A stretch of DNA of 30,581 bases from Oscillospiraceae bacterium (GTDB lineage: Bacteria; Actinomycetota; Coriobacteriia; Coriobacteriales; Eggerthellaceae), in NCBI GenBank assembly GCA_963628375.1, contig CAVGFB010000157.1:1-30581 (forward strand), given 5' to 3'. Shown here piece after piece: positions 1-11,966 of the stretch. The notes beneath the pieces were generated by a model. The model saw nothing but the letters and a program-made list of their open reading frames with translations. It did no database searches and was not told the DNA's origin. The stretch's first letter is position 1. Each line of letters opens with the position of its first letter. A program made the translations under genes and the position numbers.

Positions 1-945
1 GGACAAATCAAGTAGCTCAATAAAATACTTATAGTTCAAATAATTTATACAATCAAACAGATACTTATTTACAATTACTCTTAACAATTTAACATCTTTA
101 ATAAAAGAACAAATTTCATAAATTCTTGCATAATCGCTATTTCTGACCATTTGTTCAATTATTTTGTCTAATAATCTTTTGTTTGTAAGTACACCTGAAA
201 CATTTATATAGGAATTAAACAGTCCTACTAGGTCTTTTATTGTAAAATCTGCTGTAAAGAATTTATTGTTGCTTTCATTTATCGAAAAAATTAAATAACT
301 ATTTAGTTTTGCAGAGACTTGATTTTTATCTTTGATTGAAAACAGTTGACTAATATCATTTAAGTTCCCATTTTTAATTAAAGTCATCAAAAAAATAAGG
401 CTTATTGTGTCCTTGCCCACTTTCTTAAAAATTTCTTTAACGTTATTACTTAAAACTTTTATTTTTTGATTTTTATTAAAATATACTCCTGGAATCCTTG
501 AAATAGTATTCTTGAATATCGCATACTTATCGGCAGGATTGATAAATTCGTTGGCGTTAAGTTCTTTGTCATCTAATATAAAGTCTTTTGTTTCTATAAC
601 TTCAGCATTCTTAAACTTGTGTACTAAAGGCATGTTTTCAATATGCAAATTTATAACAACTTCTGTTTCATTTAATATGTTTTCAATAAGTTCTTTTATT
701 AGATTAGCTCTTCTTATGTCAGCCACAAACAAATTGTCAAAAACAACTAGGTTTGGTTTTTTCTGTAAAATAAATTTGGCAACTAATCCATTATCAAGAT
801 CTCGCATAAATTCTATTGAACTAGCATCTAATCATATAACATTTTTGTTGTTGTATACAACACTTGCATATTGTCTACATACTGACGTTTTTCCAAAAAA
901 ATTCGGCGAGATTAATATTCTCAGTTTGTTTCTGTTCATAAGCAT
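1..945 (-). CDS. P-loop NTPase domain protein (MalT-like N-terminus), 3' end runs off the window; true start may be 1042 across a frameshift
   Basis: Frame is open from ATG 945 to position 1 with one TGA (832-834, NVI-W-LDAS). Walker A-like SPNFFGKT and Walker B-like LVVFDN. Missing from the supplied ORF track. Confidence 0.7.
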
Positions 946-1216
946 TTTTCTTAAAATACTATCTCTAACGACATTGTTTTTTTTGTGCTTTTGCTGTGCT
1001 ATCGCTAATAGACAGAAAACTCTCTTCTAAAAAAGCATTCATTTTGACCCCATTCTTATTTATATTTCTTGAACGTGTAAGAATTTACACAAATTTTATT
1101 AACAATATAAAATCAAAAAATAAATAAAAATGTTCAATAATAAAAATAATTAAATTTTCTTAATATATTAAGAGCTGAACTGGTATTTTAAAGGATTGAC
1201 GGCTTCTTTGAAAGCT

Positions 1217-1990
1217 TTATTCTGCTGTAATTGTTATACTACGTAAAGTGTCAGCCAAATTTCCACTTTCGTTAGCTTTTGTATAGTCGTATAAAATGGA
1301 TGTTGACCATGTATATTTAGAATCATTTTTATAGGATGTACCAGTAAAGTTATAAGTTAAAATTGTTGCGGTTGTTCCGTCGCTTTCATAACTTGTGTAT
1401 TTAGTATTATCAAGAGGCAAGGAATTTGTATGCTCAATATTTTCAAGTCCAGCTTCTTTTAAGCTTTTATCTACAATTTTCTCGTTATTTATAATGTCTT
1501 TGAAACTTATATTCGCATATCCAAGCGATGTTATATCCCCTTTGAAACTAATCTTTAAAATGTTATCTGTATTGTCAGTATAAAAAATCACATTAGTAGA
1601 TATAGTTTTAGAGCCAGATTTTTCATTTGTCAAATCATAAGTATATTGTTTTGTAATATTGCCAACTCCAGACACATTATCTAATTTATTTAAATTAGCG
1701 CCTCTGCCAATAGCTTCAACTCCAATAGCTAATTTTTTATTTAGCATGTTGGTAAGATTAGGAATATATAGAATTTTTTCTGGAGTTTCTTTGTCCGATA
1801 CCTCAATTTTATAATTATTTTCTAACTGTACACCTGTGCCAGTAAGATCTTGTTGAGTCAAAATGTTTTCTTTTGTTTTATTGTATTGAAAGATTAAAAA
1901 ACCTAATATACAAAACAGCAAGAACACCCCAAACAAAACAAAAAAAATGGTTATTCTTTCATTTTTATTTAAATTATTTAAATTCTTCAT
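1217..1990 (-). CDS. Hypothetical protein with single N-terminal membrane anchor
   Basis: ORF ending TAA; hydrophobic ITIFFVLFGVFLLFCILGFLIF followed by a soluble domain. ATG 1990 preferred over the TTG at 2032. Confidence 0.7.
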   Translation of the reverse strand: MKNLNNLNKNERITIFFVLFGVFLLFCILGFLIFQYNKTKENILTQQDLTGTGVQLENNYKIEVSDKETPEKILYIPNLTNMLNKKLAIGVEAIGRGANLNKLDNVSGVGNITKQYTYDLTNEKSGSKTISTNVIFYTDNTDNILKISFKGDITSLGYANISFKDIINNEKIVDKSLKEAGLENIEHTNSLPLDNTKYTSYESDGTTATILTYNFTGTSYKNDSKYTWSTSILYDYTKANESGNLADTLRSITITAE

Positions 1991-2074
1991 TTCTTTATTG
2001 TTTAAAAGTATAACATACAGGCACAAAAGCAATTTCAGTAGTTATGATTTTTTGCTAATATTTTAAGGAGAAGA

Positions 2075-3661
2075 ATGTCAAGTTTAAAAAATAGAAGATC
2101 TGGAGTGTTAATGCCAATATTTTCTCTTCCGAGCAAATATGGCATTGGATCATTAGGAAAAGCAGCCTATAAATTTATAGATTTTTTAAATAAAGCAGGT
2201 CAAACTTATTGGCAAATTTTACCTATCGAGCAAACTGGTCCTGACAATTCTCCCTACCTAACTTATAGCTCTCGTGCTGGTAACGTAAAATTTATAGATA
2301 TAGATTTACTTATAGAAGATAACTATATTACTAAAAATGACCTAGATGAATGTGGCATTAAAATTTTAAACACACCTGAGTATTGTAAAATAAATTACAA
2401 GAACATAACAAAATCCAGAGACATTTTATTTAATAAAGTATTTGTTAAATTTTTTGAAAATCCTCCAAGTGATTACAACTCTTTTTGTAAAGAGAACAAT
2501 AGCTGATTAGAAGATTTTGCTCTGTTTATGACAATAAAAAAAATACAACAAGAAAAATTTAACAATATAGAGAGTACTAAAATTCAACAATGACCAGATA
2601 AGTTCAAATATAGAAATGAAAAAGCACTTATGGAACTTCACCAGAACTATTCTAAAGAAGTAGAATATTTTAAGATGCTTCAGTATTTCTTTTTTAAGCA
2701 GTGAAACATGTTAAAAGAATATGCACATAAACAAGGCGTCAAAATAATTGGTGATATTGCTTATTATGTATCAGTAGATAGTAGCGATGCATGAACAAAC
2801 CCTCACATTTTTAAAATTGACAAAGATTTTACATTTAAAACATATTCTGGTTGCCCACCAAACAAAAGCAATAATAAAAAAAGCAAGGGTCAGGTTTGAG
2901 GAAGCCCTGTTTATGACTGAGAGTATCTAAAATCATCTAATTATAATTGATGGATTTCACGTCTAAGAGACGCTCTCAATCTCTATGATGTTATAAGAAT
3001 TGACCATTTCAAAGGATTTGAGAGTTATTACTGTATTGATGGTAAAACTATGGATCCTAAAACTGGCGTTTACAAGCCTGGGCCAGGACTTGGCTTTTGA
3101 AAAATAGCAGCAAATGAGCTTAATTTTAAAAATATAAGTGACATGCCTATATTTGTTGAAGATTTAGGTCTTATAAATCAAAATTTAAAAAAACTTATTG
3201 CTGACACTGGCTTTTATGGAATTAAAGTCTTACAATTCGCTTTTAATAAAACCAATCATCCAGAAATATATAAAGGGCAAAACAGGCTAAAATCTAGTGA
3301 AATGTACTTGCCTCATAATTATCCTACCTCTTCAATCGCTTATGTTGGAACACACGACAATGACACTTTAATGGGATGAATTAACACAATAGATAAAGAC
3401 ATATTGCAAAATGCAAAAAATTATTTTGAAGAAAACGACATACACAAATTGTTTGATAAGATGCTGCTTTCTGTAATTAATTCAAAATCAAATATATGCA
3501 TTTTGTGTGTACAAGATTTGCTAAAATTAAATACGGAAGGTAGAATAAATGTACCAGGGACAATAGAAAATAATTGAACATGACAACTAAGTAAAAACCA
3601 ATTTAATATATTAGATCCTAAAAAATTATACGATTTGACAAAAAAGGCAAACCGTTTATAG
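2075..3661 (+). CDS. malQ: 4-alpha-glucanotransferase (amylomaltase, GH77), 528 aa under table 4
   Basis: RRSGVLMPIFSLPS, RIDHFKGF, VEDLG and YVGTHDNDT motifs. AAGGAG RBS. 11 in-frame TGA (e.g. S-W-LEDFA 2504, FKQ-W 2702, QV-W-GSPVYD-W 2897/2918, N-W-T-W-QL 3575/3581). Ends TAG. Confidence 0.95.
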
Positions 3662-3701
3662 ATATAAAATCAAAAGATAACAAACATAAATAAGGAGAAA
3701 C

Positions 3702-6065
3702 ATGAATAAAACTTTATCTGATGTTGCAAAAATTCTTGATAATACAATATTTCAATTTGACATACATGATTTGCATGTTGATCAACTTCATACAGTTTTA
3801 TCTAAGTCAGTAATTGACATTATTACACCTAATTGAAGACATTCTCAAGACCTTCATAACAAACAAAAAAGAGCATATTATTTTTCTGCTGAATACCTAA
3901 TGGGCAGAGCAATATATAACAACCTTTTTTGTAGCGGCCTTTTAGATGAGGCTAAAGAATTATTAAAAAAGGAAAACATAAACATTAACTGTTTTGAAGA
4001 AATCGAGGATGCGGCCCTTGGAAATGGAGGCCTTGGGCGCTTAGCTGCATGTTATTTGGACAGTGCAGCAACACAAAATATTCCACTTGATGGCTATGGA
4101 ATTCGCTATGGATATGGCTTGTTTAAGCAATCGTTTAAAAACGGTTTCCAGCACGAAAGCGTAGACAACTGAAGACGTCTTGGAGATCCATGATCATCTA
4201 GGCAAGAAAACCAAAAAGTTAAGGTTCACTTTCATAATGGTGATGTATGGGCAGTGCCATATGATATGCCAATCATAGGGCATAATACAGACCATGTCTC
4301 CACGCTTAGACTTTGACAAGCAGAGCCAATACATGAATTTGACTTTGGACTGTTTGACCAAGGTAGATATGACGAAGCAGTTTCAGAAAAAACTCAAACA
4401 GAAAATATCTCTCGTGTTTTATACCCAAACGACTCTAACGATCAAGGAAGACAGCTAAGACTAAAACAACAATACTTTTTCTGTTCTGCTAGCTTGCAAG
4501 ATATTTTACGTAAATATGAAGCCGAACATGGAAACAACTACAGCAAATTACCTGATTGTGTACAAATACAACTTAACGACACACATCCAACTATCTCTAT
4601 TCCTGAATTAATAAGACTGCTTATGGAAAAAGATGTTTCTTTTGAACAGGCTCTATATATTACTCAACATACTTTTAATTATACTAATCACACAATTATG
4701 GCTGAAGCTTTAGAAAAATGAGATGTTAAATTCATTAAAAATATTTCTCACAAAATAACAAGCATTATTAAAAAAATTAATGTTTATTATAATGAGGTCT
4801 TTGCTGCCCACGGTTTAACAAAAAAAGAAGATCTTAAAAATTTAAGTATTATACAAGGCAATACCTGCCATATGGCAAACTTGGCTTGTTGTGTGTCTTC
4901 TCACATTAACGGTGTAGCTAAACTTCACACCAATCTATTAAAAGAAAGTGTTCTAAGCGACTTTTACAAAATTTGGCCAGAGCGTTTTTTAAATGTTACA
5001 AATGGAATAACACAAAGAAGATGACTTGGAGTATGTAATCCTAAACTATCGGCTTTTATTACAAAGCTTCTAAAAACTGATAAATGATTAGAAGACCTTA
5101 AGCTCTTAGCTAAGTTAAAAAATTATGCTAACGATAATGATGTTATTGACGAATTTATTAAAATCAAAAAATCAAATAAAAAAGATTTAGCAAAGTATAT
5201 AAAAAACAAGGACAAGAAAATACTAGATCCTAACAGAATAGTAGATACTCAGGTAAAACGCCTTCATGAATATAAAAGACAGTTTTTGAACATTTTAACT
5301 ATATTAGAACTATATTTTGAAATTAAAGAAGGCAGCTTAACTGATTTTAAGCCAACAACATATATTTTTGGAGGCAAGTCTGCACCGGGCTATGTAAAAG
5401 CAAAGGCAATAATTAAAGTTATAAATGCAGTTGCAGACTTAATTAATTCAGACAAAGAAGTGAGCAAATATATTAATGTTATTTTTGTTTCTAACTTTGA
5501 TGTCAGTTATGCAGAAAAGATAGTTTCTGCTTCTGATGTTTCTGAACAAATTTCAACTGCAGGTACAGAAGCAAGCGGAACTGGAAATATGAAGCTCATG
5601 CTTAATGGTGCTGTTACATGTGGTACTTATGATGGTGCAAACATAGAAATTGTAAAAGAAGCAGGAGAAGAAAATAACTACATATTCGGAGCAAGGGTCG
5701 AAGATATCGAAAAAATTAAAAACACTTACAACCCAAGAAAACACTACCGTGAAACTCCTGGAGTTAGAAGAGTATTAGATGCATTAATAAATGGAACACT
5801 AAGTGATGATGGTTCTGGGCTTTTCGAGATGCTGTATGGTGGAATGATGCACCAAGATCAATATTTTGTTTTTGAAGACTTTAGAGCATGTCTTGAAGCA
5901 AAAAAACAAATTAATTTTGATGCAAAAAATGAACGTGAATTTGCAAAAAAGCAGTTTATGAATATGTGTAGTGCAGGAAAGTTTTCATCTGACAGGGCAT
6001 TATTAGAATACGCAAACAATATTTGACATATTGAAAAGTTAGCTGCTTTTGAAAGCAAAAAGTAA
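3702..6065 (+). CDS. glgP: Glycogen/maltodextrin phosphorylase, 787 aa under table 4
   Basis: LGNGGLGRLAAC, QLNDTHP, KRLHEYKRQ and PLP-site EASGTGNMK. AAGGAG RBS. 8 TGA (LRL-W-QA 4314, EALEK-W 4719, TQRR-W-L 5022, NI-W 6024). Ends TAA. Confidence 0.95.
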
Positions 6066-6102
6066 AATCACTTTAAGTTATATAATTAGATAAAATTTTT
6101 TT

Positions 6103-6125
6103 GGGGCGTAAAATGCCCCTTTTTT
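6103..6125 (+). terminator. Probable rho-independent terminator after malQ-glgP
   Basis: GGGGCG-taaaa-TGCCCC hairpin followed by a T run. Confidence 0.65.
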
Positions 6126-6152
6126 ATAATTAAATTAAATACAAGGATCAAA

Positions 6153-9053
6153 ATGGACAATAAAAATAAAGTTGAAAAATATAAGATTACAAAAGAGTTA
6201 GCTTCTTTTTATGATCACATTAAAACTGAATGAATTGGTGAAGTTTCTTCTTGAAGTTATGAACTAAAACATAAAAAATCTTTAGCTAAAATATTACTGT
6301 TACACAACAATGATATTGAAAAATCTTTTACAATAGGCTTTAAAACCCCTCCTAAAGATAGTACTGGAGTGTTTCATATTATTGAGCACAGTGTGCTTTG
6401 TGGTTCAAAAAAATTCCCATTAAAAGAACCTTTTGTTAACTTGATTAAGTCTTCCATGGCAACTTTTCTTAATGCTATGACCTTTGACGATAAAACTATC
6501 TATCCTGTTGCAACAACAAATGAGAAGGATCTATACAACTTAATGCAAGTCTACCTTGACGCTGTTTTCTTTCCGAATATATATAAAAATAAAAATATTT
6601 TTTATCAAGAGGGTGGCCATAAAACAGTTGACGAATCTAATAAACTTAATTTTAGTGGAGTTGTTTACAATGAAATGTGCGGTAATTATTCCAGTACAGA
6701 AAATGTTTTATACGAACATGTAATGAGACAGTTATTTCCAAATACTTGTTACGCTAACGTATCGGGCGGAAGACCAGATGCTATTAAAAATCTAAGTTAC
6801 CAAGAATTTCTTGAAGAACATAATGCCCACTATAATTTATCAAATGCTTATATTGTCTTATACGGAAATTTTAATATAAATAATATGCTAAAGTTTTTAG
6901 ACGCTGAATATCTGTCAAAAAAGGAAGAAATTGACAAATGAAGGCAAGAATCAAATTCTGGTGTCAAGTTACATACTTATTCTACTAGAAGTATTAATAC
7001 ACAATCTTTACATACGGCTTCACATAAAAAAGTGAAAATGAAAACAAGCCCTGATAATACTGACGCTGTTTTAGGTTATGTTATTGAACGTGATCACACA
7101 AAAATAATTGCAACAAATATTTTACTAGATGTTATTGCTGGATCTGAATCCTCTCCATTAAAAAATAAACTTTTAAAAACGGGATTATTCGCAGATATTA
7201 ATTTTGAATTGGAAGACAGTATTTGCCAACCTGTAGTGTTTGTTAATTGTAAAAAAACAAAGGCAGGCGTTGCAGAAACTCTCAATAAAAAAATTTCATC
7301 CATATGCACTGACTTGTTAAAAGATGGGTTAGACCACACGTTAATTGAAGCGGCAATTAAACGTTTTGAATTTTTGTTAAAAGAAAACAGTCCTGAATAC
7401 TCTCACGGAATTGACGCAACAATAAGTTTAATGTCTACTTGATTATATGACGACTCACAATCAACTCTCGGGCTCAAATATAATGATGTTATAACGTTTT
7501 TAAAAAAGAATATAAAATTTGGTTACTTTGAAAAACTTCTTTGTTCTTTATTTATTGAAAATAACTTTTTTGCTAGTGTTGAAATTGTTCCTACAAAAGA
7601 TACACAAGAAAACGCAGTATACGCTACAGAATCTGAAAAATTAGCAATTGAAAGTATTTGTAGAGATCTTGATCTATGGCAACAAACGCCAGACACGAAA
7701 GAAGCAGAAAATAGTCTTCCTGTTCTAACGTTAAACGATATTGAACAAAATAAACCTTTGCCTTCTTATAAAAAACAAGATAACTTTTTAATTCATGACA
7801 CTAAAATTGATGGAATTACTTATACAAATTTTTACATAAAAGTAAACTCTATAGACTTTGAAGATGTTCCTTATTTATCTTTATTAGCAAGTTTATTTTC
7901 TAAGTTAGACACACAAAATCACAATGCACTTGAACTTGATACCATAATAACTAATCATTTAGGTCATTTAAACTTTAGTCTGCATGTCTCTAATGTATAC
8001 AAGAAAAACAATAAGCCAGACTTATACTTTGTTATAAAAACTTCTTGTTTAGACAATGAATTAAACAACTTAACTGATATTTTAGAAGAAATTCTATTTG
8101 CTACAAAATTTGAAAATAAAGAGCTAATCCGTTCTCTTATTAAACAGCAAATTGCATTTATAGAACAAAAGTTTATAGAAAGTGGGCATATATCTTCTTT
8201 TAATAGAGCATTGTCATATTTTTCACCATCAGCAGTTCTTAACGAGAAAGCTTATGGAATTGAATACTATAAATTTATAAAAGACCTTGACCTAAATTTT
8301 GAAACCAATTTTAATGATTTGTCGTCTAAATTTTTTAATCTAAAACAAAAACTTTTGGACGCAAGTTTGTTGGTCTCCTATTCTGGAGAGAATGAAAGCT
8401 TAAAAATTATTAAATCTTGAGTTGATACTAATTTCAAGCAGAATGAAAATTCATCCTCTTTAAATATTCCTCGCCCTAAAAATTTAAATGAAGCTTTTAT
8501 TATTCCTTCAAATGTTGGATATGCATCATGTGTTGTTGATTTAAATATTTTAGATTATTTAAAAGGAGCAATGAAAATTGTCTGTTCAGCTATTACTTAT
8601 GATTATTTGTGAAACGAGGTACGAGTAAAAAATGGAGCTTACGGCTCACAGGCTATGCATACAAAATTTGGTAGTTTGATTTTCTACTCCTACAGAGACC
8701 CAAACTTCAAAAACACTTATTCTGTATATGATAATGTTTCTAATTGGTTAGCGAATTTTGATATAACTAAAGAGCAGTTAGATCTCTATATTATTAGTAC
8801 TATAGGCAAGCTTGATAAACCTAAAACTGTAAGAGAAACAATAAGCCTACTGGACCATAACTATCTTTCAAAATACCCTAATACTTTAATTAATGTTATA
8901 AGAACTCAAGCTCTTAACACCAAACTGAGTGATATAAAAACAATTGCTAACGCTTTAAGCAAAATAAACAATAACCAATACAGGTGCATGTTTAATTCTG
9001 AAGAAACCTGTAAATACTCTGAAATGAATGTAAAAAATATATTTTCAATATAG
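6153..9053 (+). CDS. Insulinase-family M16C zinc metallopeptidase (PreP/Cym1-like), 966 aa under table 4
   Basis: Inverted zinc motif HIIEH(SVLCGS), FLNAMTF, GVVYNEM and YL-W(TGA 8610)-NEVRVKNGAYG. 6 TGA join four ORF-track fragments in one frame. Ends TAG. Confidence 0.92.
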
Positions 9054-9095
9054 ACTATTGTATAATTCTTCAAAATTTTTACCTTAGGAGGTCAT

Positions 9096-10049
9096 ATGAA
9101 GTGTCACAATTGTAATACAAACAACGAGGACAATCTTATCTTTTGCAAAAATTGTGGAGAGAGACTTGTTGATACAAGCGAAGAATTAAAAATCAATAGC
9201 TCGGAAAACAAAAATTCTAATACTTCAAGTTCTAACTCAGCAAACAGTAATGCATCAAAATCAAATTCCCAAAAAAAATTAAAAGGTAAAGACTTTTTTG
9301 GTCGTGCATTCTGTGACGTTAGAAACACAGATAAAGTTGTAAAAAACACATTCTTATTAGGTCTTTTAAATGCAATTCCAATTCTTAACTTTGTTGTAAC
9401 AGGCCTAGCACAAAATTGAGGCTATGACGATTTAAACAAAAACGCAGGCAACGAGTTACCCAGACCGTTTGTTTCAAAAAAGAATTTTGTTCAAGGATTT
9501 TACGAGTTTTTAACAGTAATTTTATACGGTCTTGTATGGTTTCTAGCTTTTAGATTGGTCGATATGATATTTGACAAAGTACCAGTTATTGACACAATAG
9601 TATCTATTGTACTAATATGTGCTTCGTTCATATGGTTTAGTATTGTGTGCTACGCAGCACAAAGAAGCAAAATTAACAATACTCTTTCGAATTCTTTCAG
9701 TATAAAAAAGATATTTAAAACTTGGAAATCTGGTGGTGCTGATCTATTTTTGTGCTATTTTGTTCCGCTTGTTGTTTGCTTTTCATTTGTGCTTTTGCTT
9801 ACAGTTTTTATACTAATTGCCTTTTTGCCATCTATAGTAACTTTATGAGAAGTTTTAAACTATGTTCCAGCTTCATACTTTTACACAAACTCTAATGCAT
9901 TATCTCAATTGAATCAATTCCTTCCTTCTATTGGATCTCTTTCAATCTCTGTAATTTTATTGCTAATTGTGTCAGGAGTTTTTGGAACATTTGAAAAATT
10001 ATGAAGATATAGAGCGATTAGCTATTGAATTAAAGAATACGAAAAATAA
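9096..10049 (+). CDS. Zinc-ribbon + DUF4013-like multi-pass membrane protein
   Basis: N-terminal CxxC...CxxCG, Ser/Asn-rich linker, several TM segments. AGGAGG RBS. TGA at 9417, 9846, 10002, 10026. Ends TAA. Confidence 0.75.
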
Positions 10050-10074
10050 AATTTTAAACATTTTATAACCATAA

Positions 10075-10105
10075 AAAAAGCCCGAGTAAAATTCTCGGGC
10101 TTTTT
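10075..10105. terminator. Bidirectional rho-independent terminator between convergent genes
   Basis: AAAAAGCCCGAG-taaaatt-CTCGGGCTTTTT perfect inverted repeat with A/T tails on both sides. Confidence 0.9.
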
Positions 10106-10134
10106 GTTTTTGCTCTGAATTTTAAATGAATAAA

Positions 10135-11280
10135 TTACATTAGCTGTCTAAACATTTCCTCAAATTGCTCAATAGTTGCTTCACGAGGATTTCCTGGTGC
10201 ACATGCATCTGCGGCAGCACTTTCACATAAGAATGGCAAATCTTCTTCTTTAAGCTTGTCTAATTTTGTAGGAATACCAACATCAACTGAAAGCTGTTTA
10301 ACAGCACTAATAGCAGCTTGTCTGTATTCTTCTTGTGACATATTAGAAGTATCAATACCAAAGGCTTCTGCTATGTTTTTATACTTCTCTCCAGTATACT
10401 CTTTGTTAAATTCCATAACAATAGGAAGCATCATTGCACAGGCAACACCATGAGGAGTGTCATAAACAGCACCTAGGGTATGGGCCATACTATGAGCAAC
10501 ACCCAAGCCCACATTTGAATAAGCCATAGCTGTTACATATTGGGCAAGTGCCATACCTTCACGTCCTTCTGGTTCGTTTTTTACAGCAGAACGCAAGTGT
10601 TTTGCTATAAGCTTAATTGATTCTAAGTCAAGACAATCAGATAGCTCTCATGCTGCTTTTGTAGTATAACCCTCGATTGCATGTGTTAAAGCATCCATAC
10701 CAGTTGAAGCTGTTAATCCAGCTGGCATTGAAGACATCATCTCAGGATCTACAACTGCAACGTCTGGAATATCGTTAGGATCAACACATACAAATTTACG
10801 CTTTTTCTCAACGTCTGTAATAACGTAATTTATTGTGCTTTCTGCTCCTGTTCCACCTGTTGTTGGGACTGCAATTGTAAATACAGTGCGCTTTTTTGTT
10901 GGAGCTACACCTTCTAGTGATCTAACATCAGCATATTCAGGGTTGTTAACAATTATTCCTATTGCTTTGCCTGTATCCATGGAGCTACCACCACCAATTG
11001 TAATCATAAAATCAGCTCCAGATTTTTTGTAAGCTTCTACTCCGTGTTTAACATTCTCAATAGTAGGATTAGGTTTAATGTCGCTATAGATCTCAAAGTC
11101 TATATTGTTCTCTTTGAGCAAATCCGTAACTTTTGATGTAACGTTAAACTTAATTAAGTCAGGATCAGAAGCAACAAAAGCTTTTTTAAGTCCCTTGCTT
11201 TTAATAATCCCTGGAATCTCTTTAATGGCACCAGCACCATGATAAGACATTCCGTTCAAAACAAATCTATTTACTGCCAT
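10135..11280 (-). CDS. fucO: Lactaldehyde reductase / iron-containing alcohol dehydrogenase
   Basis: IGGGSSMD, PTTGGTG, MDALTHAIEGY and HSMAH...HG iron ligands. AGGAGG RBS before ATG 11280. One TGA (10648, KAA-W-EL) joins two fragments. Confidence 0.88.
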
Positions 11281-11365
11281 TTTTCCTCCTTTATTTATTA
11301 GGCTTTTTATATTATACAACAACTAACACGAGTAATACTTGACACAATTTTAAGATTTTATTAAA

Positions 11366-11374
11366 TGATATAAT
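11366..11374 (+). promoter_or_regulatory. Extended -10 promoter (TGnTATAAT) of tRNA-Ser
   Basis: TGATATAAT 11 nt upstream of the tRNA 5' end. Confidence 0.6.
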
Positions 11375-11385
11375 ATCAAATATAA

Positions 11386-11476
11386 GGAGAGGTGGCTGAG
11401 CGGCTGAAAGCGGCGGTCTCGAAAACCGTTTTGCCATACAATGGTAACGAGGGTTCAAATCCCTCCCTCTCCGCCA
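11386..11476 (+). tRNA. tRNA-Ser, anticodon CGA
   Basis: Acceptor stem GGAGAGG/CCTCTCC + G + CCA, anticodon arm GCGGT-CT-CGA-AA-ACCGT, long variable arm, T-loop GTTCAAATC. Confidence 0.95.
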
Positions 11477-11511
11477 TAATATTTTGCCCAACCTTTGTAT
11501 TTAATATGTCA

Positions 11512-11823
11512 TTAGTTTTTGTTTATAAAAATACATAGACATATACAACAAATAGTAATAGAAATAACTCCTACTGCTAAAAGTTTATACTTTTCAATAT
11601 TCCTGCGTTTTTGGTGGGAAGCATAATCTTGAGATAAATATTTACTTTTTAAAAACACATACAGCCCCCCAAGAATTAAAGCTCCAATTCCTACGATAAG
11701 TCAGACTAAGTTATCTCCTGTGGCTGCACTATTTATGCTACCAACACGGAAAATCAGTGTTTGAAAAAAGTCGCTAGCATTTGATGAGTGTAAGTTAAAA
11801 ATTTCATCAAGTTCTATAATCAC
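11512..11823 (-). CDS. Small two-TM membrane protein with AATGD sorting-signal-like motif (103 aa)
   Basis: AAGGAG RBS and GTG start. Reads ...[10 protein letters not shown](TGA 11701)[20 protein letters not shown]...[27 protein letters not shown]. Absent from the ORF track. Confidence 0.6.
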
Positions 11824-11966
11824 AATGCTCTCCTTTAGTAAAACAATGTTGTATGTACTATATTTTCTACAAAATTAATTTATCAAGCTTATTTTAAAAT
11901 ATATATAAAATTTGTTTAATTGTAAAATTAAATATAAATTTGATCCGGTTCTTGTATTTTATTAAA

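Noticed and set aside
512..1030. 172-aa plus-strand ORF
   Set aside because: Antisense shadow of the minus-strand P-loop gene; no recognisable motif.
11339..11344. TTGACA as the -35 for the tRNA promoter
   Set aside because: It lies 24 nt from the TATAAT, too far for a sigma-70-type pair; the extended -10 is sufficient.
11386..11476. tRNA as the UGA-decoding suppressor
   Set aside because: Anticodon CGA, long variable arm and G discriminator make it an ordinary tRNA-Ser. No tRNA-Trp(UCA) was seen in this window.
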